Below are positions 51,260-64,000 of a DNA stretch of 64,000 nt, one piece after another. This DNA is from Pristiophorus japonicus. Taxonomy: Eukaryota. Position 1 is the first letter of the stretch. Each line of letters starts with the position of its first letter. The stretch is taken from NCBI RefSeq assembly GCF_044704955.1, contig NC_091978.1:158410001-158474000 (forward strand). Reading direction: 5' to 3'. The position numbers and the translations under genes were made by a program. Under the pieces are notes generated by a model. That model did not search any database and was not told the origin of the DNA. It worked only from the letters and a program-made list of their open reading frames with translations.

Positions 51260-52972
51260 AGGAGATAATGGACTCTTTGTCACTAAGATTGAGACCATCC
51301 ATTCAGCTGCCTCTGCTGTTTATCTCCCTTTCCCTAGCCCACAAAGCCAAATTTCCCCTAAGGTTTCCCTCTGGCCTAGCCCTGAAATCGTATCTTTGTC
51401 CAATTTCTCTCCTATCTCCCTTCAGGCCCTCTCCGAACTGAACTTGTCCATGAGACCCATTTCCTGTTCCCGCGACCCTAATCCCACCAAACTGCTGACC
51501 ACTCAACTTACCTTCCTGGCCCCCATGTTAGCTGATAATGTTAATGATTCCTTCTCCTCAGGTACTGTCCCCATCCCCTTCAAATCAGCCTTCATCACCC
51601 CTCTCCTCAAAAAGTCCACCCTTGACCACTGTGCTTGCAAACTACTGCCCCATCTCCAACCTCCTTTTCCTTTCCAAAATCCTTGAATGTGTTGTTACCT
51701 CCTAAATCCTTGCCCATCTTTCCCGCAACTCCATATTGGAATCCCTCCAATTAGGTTTCCACTGAAATGGTCCTGATCAAAGTCAAAAATGACATTCTAT
51801 GTGACTGTGACTCATCCTTCTTGACCGGTCTGCAGCCTTTGACACAGTTGACCACACCAATCTCCTCCAAGGCCTCTCCACCGTCGTCCAGCTGAGTGGG
51901 ACTGCCCTCGCCTAGTTCTGTTCTTATCTACCCAGCTGTAGCTAGAGAATCACCTGCAATGGCTTCTCTTCTTGCTTTGGCACAGTTACCTCTGGTGTCC
52001 CCTAAGGATCTATCCTTTGCCCCCTCCTATTTCTAACCTTTATACTACCCCTCGGCGGCATCATTCGCAAACACAACACCAGGTTCCACATGTATGCCGA
52101 TGACACCCAGCTCCAACTTACAACCACCTCTCTTGACCCCTCCACTGTCTCTGATCTGTCACACATGCTTGTCTATCCAGTAGTGGATGAGCAGAAATGT
52201 TCCCTAACTATATATTGGGAAGACTGAAGCCATTGTCTTTGGTCTCCGCTACAAATTTCGTCCCTAGACATCGACTCCATCCCCCTCTCCTTGGTCACTG
52301 TGTGAGGCTGAACCTGACCTTGGTGTTGTATTTGACTCTGTGATGAGCTTCAGACCACATATCTGCTCCATCACCAAGGCCGCCTACTTCCACCTCTGTA
52401 ACATCGCCCATCTCCGCCCCTGCCTCAGCTCATCTGCTGCTGAAAACCTCATCCTTGCCTGTGTTACCTCTAGACTTGATTATTCCAAATGGCCTCCTAC
52501 CACCTTCTGTAAATTTGAGCTTATCGAAAACTCTGCTGTCCATATCCTAACGTGTTTCAAGTCCCGTTCATCCATCACCCCTATGATCGGTGACCTACAT
52601 TGGCTCTCAATCTGGCAACGCCTTAACTTTAAAATTTTCATTCTTGTTTTAAAATCCCTCCATGGCCTCTGTAACCTTCTCCAGCCCTATAACCCTCCGA
52701 GATCTTCCAATTCTGGCCTCTTGCGCATCTCCGATTTTAATCGTTCCACCATTGGTGGCCGTGCCTTCAACTGCCTAGGCCCTAAGCTCTGGAATTCCCT
52801 CCCTAAACCTCTTTGTCTCTCTACCTCTCTTTCCTCCTTTAAACCACTCCTTAAAACCTACTTCTTTGACCACATTTTGACTTGGTGTCAAATTCTGTTA
52901 AAGTTCCTGTGACGTGCCTTGAGACATTTTACTACGTTAAAGGTACTATATAAATGCAAGTTATTGTTGTTC
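51260..52972 (+). mobile_element. L2 LINE 3' portion, degenerate
   Basis: [73 protein letters not shown] tail. Confidence 0.88.
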
Positions 52973-53439
52973 TTATTAGAAATGAGGAATGTAACAGAAG
53001 ATGTGTGGCGTGCATGTGACCAGCCAAGCAGCCAGCTTCTATGAGTCTTTGAACATACAACACACAATTACCTGTGTTTTCAGGGTGTTTGATGTTTGCT
53101 GCTTGCCACATCTAATGTCAACAGAAGAAAAGCCTTGGCTTGTTTACACTGTGGAATGCTGTTTTAAAACCTGGGCACGCCTAAGCAGCATTTGGAAAGT
53201 AGATGAACAATTGCCAGTGTTTCAAAATCAAAATACTGCAGATGCTGGAAATCTGATTGCTGGAAACACTCAGCAAATCAGGCAGTATTTGTGGAGAGAC
53301 AGAGTGAACGTTTCAGGTCGATGCCCTTTCTTGCAATTGTGCGTTCTCTCACTATGATGCTCCACCAAGCTTACATTGAAGTGCTGTTAACACATATTGC
53401 AAAGAGAAATTATAAAATTATGCAAGTGTGAATACATTG

Positions 53440-53705
53440 GCAATGGTAGAATAGTGATTATGTGACTGGACTAAAAATTCAGAGACATGAGTTCAAATCC
53501 CACTATGACAGTTTGTGAATTTGAATTCAGTTAATTAAATAAATCTGGAATAGAAAGCTGGTATCAGTAATGGTGAGCATGAAGCTACTGAATTGTCGTA
53601 AAAACCCAACTGGTTTACTAATGTCCTTTAGGGAAGGAAACCTGCCATCCTTACCTGGCCTATGTGTGACTCCAGACCCACAGCAATGTGGTTAACTCTT
53701 AACTT
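53440..53705 (+). mobile_element. tRNA-derived SINE (family not determined)
   Basis: B-box GAGTTCAAATCCC. The body resembles a common shark interspersed repeat (from memory). Confidence 0.5.
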
Positions 53706-53711
53706 AAAATA

Positions 53712-56700
53712 AAATTCATTCCTGGTTGTGGGTGTCATTGGCAAGGCCAGCATTTATTGCCCATCCCTAATTGCCCTTGAGAAGGTAGTGGTGAGCCGCC
53801 TTCTTGAACCACTGCATTCCTTGTGGGGCTGTTAGGGAGGGAGTTCCAGAATTTTGATCCAGCGACAATGAAGGAACGCCGATATATTTCCAAGTCAGGA
53901 TGGTGTGTAATTTGGAGGCAACTTGGAAGTGATGGTGTTCCCATGCGCCTGCTGCCCTTGTCCTTCTAGGTGGTAGATGTCGCGAGTTTGGGAGGTGCTG
54001 CTGAAGAAGCCTTGGCGAGTTTCTGCAGTGCATCTTGTAGTTGGTCCACATTGCAGCCATGGTGCGCCAGTGATGGAGGGAGTGAATGTTGAAGTGGTGA
54101 ATGGGGTGCCAATCAAGCGGGCTGCTTTGTCCTGGATGGTGTCAAGCTTCATGGCATCTTGTCAAACATGGGCAAAGAAACCTACTCCTGATACCACCTA
54201 CCAGCCTCCCTCAGCTGATGAATCAGCACTCTCCCTGTTGAACACCACTTGGAAAAGAACTGAGGGTAGCAAGGGCACACAAGTGTGGGAGACTTCAATG
54301 GCCATCACCAAGAATGGCTAAATAACACCGCTAGTGACTGAGCTGGCTGAGTCCTGAAGGACATAGTTGCCAGACTGGGCTTACGGCAGGTGGTGAGAGA
54401 ACCAACACAAGGGAAAAACCTATTTGACATAGAAACATAGAAACATAGAAAATAGGAGCAGTAGTAGATCATTCGGCCTTTCGAACCTGCACCGATATTC
54501 AATATGATCATGGCTGATCCTCTATCTCAACACCATATTCCCGCTTTCTCCCCATATCCCTTGATGTCTTTTGTGTCTAGAAATCTATCTATCTCCTTCT
54601 TAAATATATTCAGTGACTTAGCCTCCACAGCCTTCTGTGGTAGGGAATTCCACAGGTTCACCACCCTCTGAGTGAAGAAATGTCTCCTCATTTCAGTCCT
54701 AAATTTCCTACCCCGTATCCTGAGACTGTGACCCCTTGTTCTAGACTTCCCAGCCAGGGGGAACATCCTCCCCACATCCAGTCTGTCCAACCCCGTCAGA
54801 ATTTTATACGTTTCAATGAGATCCCCTCTCATTCTTCCAAACTCTAGTGAATACAGGCCTAGTCGACTCAATCTCTCCTCATATGACAGTCCTGCCATCC
54901 CAGGAATCAGTCTGGTGAATCTTCGCTGCACTCCCTCCATGGCAAGTATATACTTTCTTAGGTAAGGAGACCAAAACTGCACAAAATACTCCAGGTGTGG
55001 TCTCACTAAGGCCCTGTATAACTGTAGTAAGACATCCTTGCTTCTGTACTCAAGTCCTCTTGCAATGAAGGCCAACATACCATTTGCCTTCCTAACTGCT
55101 TGCTGCACCTGCATGTTTGCTTTCAATGACTGGTGTACAAGGACACCCAGGTCCCTTTGTACATCGACATTTCCCAAGCTATCACCATTTAAATAATACT
55201 TTGTCTTTATGTTTTTCCTACTAAAGTGGATAACTTCACATTTATCCACGTTATACTGCATCTGCCAAGTGTTTGCCCAATCACTCAACCTATCTAAATC
55301 GCCTTGCAACATCTTTGCATCCTCCTCACAACTTACAATCCCACCTAGTTTTGTGTCATCAGCAAACTTGGAAATATTACATTTGGTTCCCTCATCCAAA
55401 TCATTTATATATATTGCGAATAGCTAGGGCCCAAGCACTGATCCCTGTGGTACCCGACTAGTCACTGCCCCAAACCAAAAAAGACCCATTTATTCCTAAT
55501 CTCTGTTTCCTGTCAGTTAACCAATTTTCAATACATGCCAGTATATTACTCCCAATCCTATGTGCTTTAATTTTGCACACTAACCTCTTATGTGGGACTT
55601 TATCAAAGGCCTTCTGCAAATCCAATTACGCTACATTCACTGGTTCTCCCTTATCTATTCTGTCAATTACATCCTCAAAAAACTCAAGTAGGTTTGTCAA
55701 ACATGATTTTCCTTTCATAAATCCATGTTGACTTTGTCTAATCCCGTTGATATTATCTAAGTGTCTTGTTATCACATCCTTTATAATAGACTCCAGCATT
55801 TTCCCTACTACTGATGTCAGGCTAACCGGTCTGTAGTTCCCCATTTTCTCTCCTTTTTTAAAAAGTGGGGTTACATTTGCCACCCTCCAATCTACCCAAT
55901 CTGCAGGAACTGTTCCATAATTGATAGAATTTTGGAAGATGACACCTAATGCACCCACTATTTCCATGGCTATCTCTTTTAGTACTCTGGGATACAGATC
56001 ATCAGGCCCTGGGGATTTATTGGCTTTCAGTCCCATTAGTTTCTCCAGCACTATTTTCTTACTAATAATCATTTTCTATAATTCCTCTTGCTCACTAGAT
56101 CCTTGGGTCCCTAGCATTTCTGGGACCTTATTTGTGCCCTCTTCCGTGAAGACAGAACCAAAGTATTTAGAAACATAGAAACATAGAAAATAGGTGCAGG
56201 AGTAGGCCACTTGGCCCTTTGAGCCTGCACCACCATTCAATAAGATCATGGCTGATCATTCACCTCAGTACCCCTTTCCTGCTTTCTCTCCATACCCCTT
56301 GATCCCTTTAGCTGTAAGGGCCACATCTAACTCCCTCTTGAATACATCCAATGAACTGGCATCAACAACTCTCCGTGGTAGAGAATTCCACAGGTTAACC
56401 ACTCTCTGAGTGAAGAAGTTTCTCCTCATCTCAGTCCTAAATGGCTTACCCCTTTTCCTTAGACTATGTCCCCTGGTTCTGGACTTCCCCAACATCGGGA
56501 ACTTTCTTCCTGCATCTAACCTGTCCAGTCCCGTCAGAATTTAATATGTTTCTATGAGATCCCCTCTCATCCTTCTAAACTCCAGTGAATACAGGCAAGG
56601 TCGATCCAGTCTCTTCTCATATGTCAGTCCTGCCATCCCGGGAATCAGTCTGGTGAACCTTCGATGCACTCCCTCAATAGCAAGAACGTCCTTCCTCAGA

Positions 56701-59700
56701 TTAGGAGACCAAAACTGAACACAATATTCCAGGTGAGGCCTCACTAAGGCCCTGTACAATTGCAGTAAGACCTCCCTGTTCCTATACTCAAATCCCCTAG
56801 CTATGAAGGCCAACATGCCATTTGCCTTCTTCACCGCCTGCTGTACCTGTATGCCAACTTTCAATGACATGACACCCAGGTTATTTAATTGTTCTGCTAT
56901 TTCCTTGTTCCCCATTATAAATTCTCCTGTTTCTGACATTTGTCTTCACTAATCTTTTTCTTTTTACATACTTGTAGTAACTTTTGCAGTTGGTTTTTAT
57001 GTTCCTTGCAAGTTTACTCTCGTACTCTATTTTTCCCCTCTTAAATCAATATTTTGGTCCTTTTTTGCTGAATTCTAAACTGCTCCCAATCCTCAGGCTT
57101 GCTACTTTTTCTGGCAACTTTGTATGATTCCTCTTTGGATCTAATACTGTCCTTAATTTCTTTTGTTAGCCATGGTTGGGCCACTTTTCCTTTTGTGTTT
57201 TTGCACCAGGAAGGAATGTGTAACTGTTGAAATTCCTTAAATGATAGCCATTGCCTATCCACTGTCATGCCTTTTAATGAATCTTCCTAACCTATCATAG
57301 CCAATTCATTCCTCATACCTTTGTAGTTTCCTTTGTTTAGATTTAGGACCCTAGTTTCGGATTGGACTACTTCACTTTCCATCTTAATAAAGAATTCAAT
57401 CATGTTATGGTCACTCTTCTCTAAAGGACCCCGCACAAAAAGACTGTTAATTAACCCCTTTTCATTGCACAATACCCAATCTAGGATAGCCTGTTCCCTA
57501 GTAGGCTCCTCAACATACTGGTCTAAAAAACCATCTCGTACACACTCCAGGAATTCATCTGCCACAGTAGTATTACTAATTTGGTTTGGCCAGTCTATAT
57601 GTAGATTAAAGTCACCTATGATTACTGTAGAACCCTTGCTAAATGCATCTCTAATTTCCTGTTTGAAGCCATCTACTACTATTTGGAGGCCTATAGACAA
57701 CGCCCACCAATGTTTACTGCCCCTTGGTGCTCCCTAGCTCTACCCAGACTGATTCGACATCTTGATTTTCTGAGCTAATATCCTATCTCACTATTGCTCT
57801 GATTTCATCCTTTACTAATAGCGCCACACCACCCCCTCTTCCTTTTTGACGATCCTTCCTAAATATCAAATATCCTTGGATATTCAGTTCCCAACCCTGG
57901 TCATCCTGCTAACATGTCTCCGTAATTGCAACTATATTGTATCCGTTTACATCTATTTGCGTTGTTAATTCGTCTACCTTATTACAGATGCTTCATGCAT
58001 TCAGATACAATGCTTTTAGATTTGTCTTTTTAACATTATTAGACATCTTAACATTATTTTGTACTATAGCCCTATTTGTCTTATCTCTATTTTTTCTTAC
58101 CTGGACCTTATTTGTTAGTGCACTCTTTTGTTTGTATGCTCTGTCCCTTCCTGACATAATCTGGTTATCCTTACCACAATCACTTTCCTTTTCTTTTCTC
58201 TTTAGCATTCTAGATTTCTCTCCACTGGGACCCTCCTCCTCCCCCCACCCCCCACACCCTCCACCCACCCGCGCCCCACCCTTTATTTAGTTTAAAACCC
58301 GATCTACCTCCCTAGTTAGTCAGTTCGCTAGAACTCTGGTCCCAGCATATTTCAGGTAATGTCCGTCCCCATGGAACAGCTCTCTCTTTCCCGAGTATTG
58401 GTGCCAGTGCCCTACGAATCGAAACCCACTTCTCCCACACCAACCTCTGAGCCACGCATTCATCTCCCTGATTCTATTGACCCTATGCCAATTTGCTCGT
58501 GGCTCAGGTAATAATGCAGAGATTATTACCTTTGTGGTTCTGCTTTTCAATTTAGTCCCTACCTGCTCAAACTCTCTCAGCAGAACCTCTTTCTTAGTCC
58601 TACCTATGTCATTGGTGCCTACATGTACCACGACAACTGGATCCTCCCCCTCCCACTCCAAGTTCTTCTCCAGCCCGGAGGTGATGTCTATTATCCTGGC
58701 ACTGGGTAGACAACACAGCCTTCGGGACCCATGTTCTTGGCTGCAGAGAACCCTATCTATCCCCCTAACTATACTGTCCCCTACTACAACCACATTCCTC
58801 TTTACTCCCCCCACTTGAATGGCATTCTACACCACGGTGCCTTGGTCAGTCTCCACACTTGTCCACAAGGGTTACAAGAACCTCAAATCTATTGGACAAG
58901 TGCAGGGACTGAGGCTCCTGCAATACTACCTCCTGGATTCCCGTACCTGCCTCACTCGCAGTCGCACCCTCCTGTCCCTGACCACGTGTCAATTCTAAAG
59001 TATTTAATCTAGAGGGTGTGGCTGCCTCCTGGAGCAAAAGGTCCAGGTAACTTTCTCCCTCCTTGATGTCTCGCAATGTCTGTAGCTCGGATTCCAGCTC
59101 CTCAACTCGGAGCCGAAGTTCGTGGAGCCGCAGACACTTACCGCAGACGTAGTCGCCCTGGACCAAAACATCCAGACGCTCCCACATATTAGAAACATAG
59201 AAACAAAGAATGGTGGTGCAGGAGTAGGCCATTCGGCCATTCGAGCCTGCACCACCATTCAATAAGATCATGGCTGCAACACATCTCCTGTTTTCCTATT
59301 ATTTTATTTAATTAATTAGTTTATGTTAATCAAAGTATTGACCTTATATAGTTTATTAAATGAGTTAAATAAATAAATGTCAGTTTTTAGTAGATAGTTA
59401 TATGCTATATGTTAATTTAAAAGAAAAACTTAGCCCACAGTCACTACCAATCACTTACCTGTCACACAGCAGAGTTCTCCCCACCCGGAGCCATGCGATC
59501 TCCTGGGAGAGGCAAGAAAACAGATAAAAACCCAGGCAATAAAATTGGAGAAAAAATCTGGGAAAATTCCTCTCTGACCCAATCAGGCGATGGAAACTAA
59601 TCCAGGAGATCACACTGGCCTGCTGTGGTCTGCTGTGGCTTTTATCCCCACTCTCAGGCCTCGGTCTGCTCCCGCTCAGGTGCGCCGCCGCTCTGGGGAA

Positions 59701-60150
59701 GAAGTTAGGAAAAACAAGGCAAAGCAACATCTCCCGCCCTCACTTCATCGAACTTTCCCACTCACCAAACTCTATGTTTTCTCACTCTGTGCTACTGCAC
59801 TGCGTCTAATCCTCACATAATCCTCATCAGTCTACCTGTCGCACATGCATCAGTCCATATATTAGTAGGAGTGAGCACTACACAGTTCTTGTGGAGACAA
59901 AGTCCCATCTTCACAATGAGGACAATCTCCATCGTGTTATGTGATACTATCACCATGCTAAATGGGATAGATTCAGAACAGATCTAAAACCGGGCATCCA
60001 TGAGGCACTGTGGGCCATCAGCAGCAGCAGAATTATATTCTACCACAATCTGTAACCTCATGGCCTGACATATCCCTCTCTCTGCCATTACCATCAAGCC
60101 AGTGGACCAACCCTGGTTCAAAGAGGAGTGTAGAAGGAAATGGCTGAGTG
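53712..60150. mobile_element. Fragments of an older CR1-superfamily LINE: 3' end on minus (53712-54150) and APE region on plus (54150-54426 and 59805-60150), split by CR1
   Basis: KLDTIQDKAARLI on the minus strand. On the plus strand GDFNGHHQEWL...REPTQGKNLFD resumes after the CR1 with an APE-like SEHYTVLVETK. Confidence 0.6.
54427..59800 (-). mobile_element. Essentially full-length CR1 LINE (5'UTR, ORF1 zinc finger/coiled coil/esterase, ORF2), with nested CR1 3' fragments at 56169-56880 and 59190-59277
   Basis: ORF1 YVCGKCLRLHELRLRVEELESEL, VVGDSIVRG and VHVGTND. APE LYLNA, IGDFN and SDH. RT ORF 54527-55399. (ATAGAAAC)n tail. Confidence 0.9.
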
Positions 60151-60155
60151 CACTG

Positions 60156-63100
60156 TGTTATGTATGTGAACATTGTAACTGTGTAAGACTTCCCACCAGA
60201 GGGCGCAACTGTTGGAGGCCCAAGGGTCACCTGCACACCTCGTGCAAGGGAGTATAAAAGGTTGTCTGCCATGCTGCGTAGGCACTCTGGAGTTGTATTA
60301 AAGAGATTAAGGTCACATCAGTTTTAGCTCACAGTACTCAGTCTTGTGGAGTTCTTCCATACTTAACAATTGGCAATGAGTAACAGATTACGAACTTTCA
60401 TGCGGCCATGACTGCTGTTGGTACTTTAGAGAGATTTGTAGAGGGTGATGATTGGGAAGCTTTCGTTGAGCGTCTTGACCAGTACTTCGTGGTCAACGAG
60501 CTGGATGGGGACGATCAAGCGCAGGGCGAATCTCCTCACCATGTGTGGGTCCTCAATATACGGCCTCATCAAGAATCTGCTAGCACCGGAGAAACCAGCG
60601 GAGAAGACATATACAGAGTTGTGTATATTGGTTCGGGAACACTTCAAGCCGAAGGAGAGCATCTTAATGGCCAGGTATCGCTTCTACACGCACCACCACT
60701 CCGAGGGCCAGGACGTGGTGAGTTATGTCGACGACCTGAGAAGCCTTGCGAGAACTTGCGAGTTTGCTGGATTTTTGGGGGAAATGCTGCGGGACTTTTT
60801 TGTGCTTGGCAATTGCTACGAGGTTATTCTTCGCAAGCTGCTGTCCGACGCATCCCTAAACCTGAGCAAGGCTATCACCATAGCCCAGGCATTCATATCC
60901 ATGAACGATTATACCAGATAGATATCTTCCCCAGCATCGAAGCTCACCGGCAAGTACTGTGCATAAAATAACGTCGCTAGCAGGCAGAACTGCATATGGC
61001 AGGATCTACATGTCTGCAGCTGCAAGACCTAGGATGACTCCGAGTCTGCCATCGGAATGCAAATCCATTAGCACCATGTTGGTGCTGCGGGAGTAATCAT
61101 CAAGCCCATCAATGCCGATTCAAGCACTATGTGTGCAAAGGCTGCGAAACAGTGGGGCACCTCCAGCGAATGTGCACGAGTGCTGCGACTCACCACGTGG
61201 CAGAGTCGGCAGAGGATGATCGATCCAGCGCAGATCACAGAACAAACAAAAGAGGCAACTCAACCCGAGGAAGAAGTGTATGGGGTACACACCTTCACTA
61301 CCAAGAGCCCTCCTATTATGCTGAAAGTCAAATTGAATGATATTCCGGAATCAATGGAGTTGGACACGGGGGCGAGTCAGTCAATTATGAGCCAGTTGGC
61401 TTTTGATAAACTGTGGGGCAACAAGGTACAAAGGCCCAAACTGAGCCCGATTCAGACAAAGCTGTGCACCTATACCAAAGAGCTCATACCAGTCATTGGC
61501 AGTGCGGCAGTTAAGGTATCGTACGATGGAGCTGTACATGATTTATTACTGTGGATTGTACCAGGCGATGGCCCAACACTATTCGGCAGAAGCTGGCTGG
61601 GAAAGATTCTATGGAACTGTGACGACATCAATGCACTATCTTTAGTGGTGACGCCTCGTGCGCCCAAGTGCTGAGCAAGTTTCCGTTGCTATTTGAACCA
61701 GGCATCGGCAACTTCACAGGCGCCAAGGTGCAGATCCATCTAGTCCCTGATGCAAGGCCTGTTCATCACAAAGCTCGAGCGGTTCCATATATGATGAGAG
61801 TGAAAGTCGAGATCGAACTGGACATACTTCAACGAGAGGGAATTATATCGCCAGTCGAGTTCAACGGCCCCAAGTTTCCACACGCGGCGAAAAAGGCGCA
61901 CCTCAGAGCTGGGCGCCTGTTTTTCGCGCCGAAAACGGCGCCGGAAAAAAAGTGCGGTATTCTCGAGCTCCTTGGAGCTCGATGTCTGCTTGGCGCGGCG
62001 CACAGGGGGCGGAGCCTACCACTCACGTCGATTTTGTAAGTAGGAGGGGGTGGGTACAATTGAAATGAGGCTTCTTGGTGCCGGCAACCCTGCGCGTGCG
62101 CGTTGGAGCATTCGCGCACGCGCAGTCTGAAGTAAACATTGGCACTTGGCCATTTTTAAAAGTATTGCAGAAAAAGTGAAGATTTGTTTCTTGGACCCCT
62201 GCAAAGGCTTGTATTTTAATTTTCTTGATATTTCTGTGTGTGAGGGAGTGCTTTTAGCAGCACTGCTGAATAAATCACCTGCTGAAATCAGTGAGTTCAG
62301 CTTTTCACTGCGAAACTTGCAGAACCAGTGCCTGCAAATTAAGGACTGTGTGTTTGGAGAAATAAAAGTGCCAATTCAACTTTGCAATGGATCAATTTCC
62401 ACCAAGAACAAAGAATTTCTTGCATGAGGAAGCAAACCATTACATAATATGTGGTGCACCCATTCTGCAAATTTAAATATAAAGATGTCGATGTGGCTGC
62501 CTCTCCCTGTCCAAATGGCCTCAGTCAGTCCCCTTCACAGCTCAAAGGCTGCTGCTGTTCCCGACCAGCCACTGACGCCGCTGCAATCCCATGGCCGAAT
62601 AGCCTCAAGTCCGTCCGGGTGCTGCATCTTCGCGGGGAATGAAGGCCTGCCTCAAGCACCGCAGCTCAGCTCGAAGGCTGCTTGCTGCCGCTGCCGTTGA
62701 GACGAGACACTGACGCCACACCCCTGCCTGTCTCCAATATGAAAGGCCTGCCTGAAGCACTTTCACACAGGTAGGAACATGGTTTATTTAATCTTTTCTT
62801 TGCTTTTTATTCAGGTTGGATTTATTTGTATAATATTTCTATAAGTATAACTAAGGATTGATTGTAGAATTTAATGACTTCCCTTCCCCCCCTCCCTCCC
62901 CCCCCCACCTCGTTCCCAACGCCTAATTTGTAACCTGCGCCTGATTTTTAAAAGTGTAGACAATGTTTTTTCAAGCGTACAAAAATCTTCACTTACTCCA
63001 TTCTAAGTTCGTTTGGAGTACGTTTTCACCGTGGAAACTTTGAAATCAGGCGTCAGTGGCCGGACACGCCCCCTTTTGAAAAAAAAATTCTGTTCAAAAG

Positions 63101-63343
63101 TGAAACTGTTCTACCTGACTAGAACTGCAGAAAACTAAATGTGGAGAATTCCGATTTCTAAGATACTCCGTTCTACACCAGTTGCTCCTAAAAATCAGGA
63201 GCAAATCATGTGGAAACTTGGGGCCAATGAGTGGGCCAGTCTGATTGTTCCGGTGTTGAAAAGCGATGGCATAGTCAGAATCTGTGGAGACCACAAGGTA
63301 ACAATCAACAGAGTCTCGTTACAGGACCAGTACCCGCTACCCA
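60156..63343 (+). mobile_element. Gypsy LTR retrotransposon 5' half (LTR, gag, protease, start of RT), degenerate and cut off at the assembly gap
   Basis: LTR 60156-60368 and PBS TGGCAATGAG. Gag from 60408 and protease LDTGAS. Pol reads ...GIISPVEFN|EWASLIVPVLKSDGIVRICGDHKVTIN...QYPLP. Confidence 0.9.
61866..63225 (+). mobile_element. Harbinger-type non-autonomous DNA transposon inserted in the Gypsy pol gene
   Basis: 17-bp perfect TIRs GGCCCCAAGTTTCCACA...TGTGGAAACTTGGGGCC. 3-bp flanks AAC/AAT. Internal remnant MDQFPPRTKNFLHEE resembles the Myb/SANT ORF start at ~40580. Confidence 0.85.
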
Positions 63344-63366
63344 GGAGAAGAGGGGGGAGAGGGGGA

Positions 63367-63533
63367 NNNNNNNNNNNNNNNNNNNNNNNNNNNNNNNNNN
63401 NNNNNNNNNNNNNNNNNNNNNNNNNNNNNNNNNNNNNNNNNNNNNNNNNNNNNNNNNNNNNNNNNNNNNNNNNNNNNNNNNNNNNNNNNNNNNNNNNNNN
63501 NNNNNNNNNNNNNNNNNNNNNNNNNNNNNNNNN
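63367..63533. other. Assembly gap (Ns) flanked by GA-rich low-complexity sequence
   Basis: Run of N. Confidence 0.99.
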
Positions 63534-64000
63534 GGAGAGAGGAGGGTGGGAGGGAAGGAGAGAGGAGGGTGGGAGGGAAGGAGAGCGGAGGGAGGGAGGG
63601 AAGGAGAGAGAAGGGAAGGGAGAGAAGGAGGCTGAACAGCCGGGCCCAAGATGTCGGGCTGGATTTACAGGTAGGTGGCGTCGGGTCTCGGGGGGGTCGC
63701 GGAGGTCCGGAGGGTGGGGGGGGTAGAGTCGCGGAGATCCGGGGGGGGAGGGGGGGAGCCGCGGAGGTCCGGGGGAGCGGAGGTCGGGTCGCAGGGGGGG
63801 GGCGAAATAGAGGTCGGGTTGCGGAGGTCCGGGGGGGGGAGAGATCGGGGGTCCGGTTGGGTGGGAGGAGCCTTATTCATGCAGCCCCAATGAGGAAATT
63901 CGGCCAGGTCTAGGGGCTGCGTGCTTCGGGCCCCTCCACAGTTTTGGGCGCCTGGAGCTACTGCACATGCGCGCCCACTGTAGCGCGCATGTGCAGAGGT

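Noticed and set aside
59281-59461. Possible intron in the CR1 5' UTR (CAG|GTAAGT followed by an AT-rich tract)
   Set aside because: No convincing polypyrimidine acceptor, and it cannot be supported from one copy.

Overview
Repeat-rich vertebrate genomic DNA, most likely from a cartilaginous fish (inferred from its shark-type CR1, RTE, L2, DeuSINE and Penelope repeats; the species cannot be fixed from sequence alone). Two host loci are recognisable on the minus strand in the order known from mammals. ZAR1 is intact (4 exons, 349 aa, with a GC-AG second intron). Immediately upstream, SLC10A4 keeps its exons, splice sites and TATA box but carries at least 5 frameshifts and 3 nonsense codons, so it looks like an in-place (unitary) pseudogene. 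Most of the rest is nested mobile DNA: CR1, RTE, L2 and Tx1 LINEs, SINEs, Harbinger derivatives and three Gypsy LTR elements. The most unusual object is a pol-less Gypsy element (44807-47783). In place of RT/integrase it carries a CIRBP/RBM3-like RRM remnant plus an RGG tail, in the same reading frame as gag-protease. Other points of interest are a four-tier nested insertion, CTCF-like motifs in the LTRs, hammerhead-ribozyme cores in Penelope-like repeats, and exon-like unique segments at 29.6-44.5 kb. All homology calls come from reading the sequence against remembered family motifs; no searches were run.
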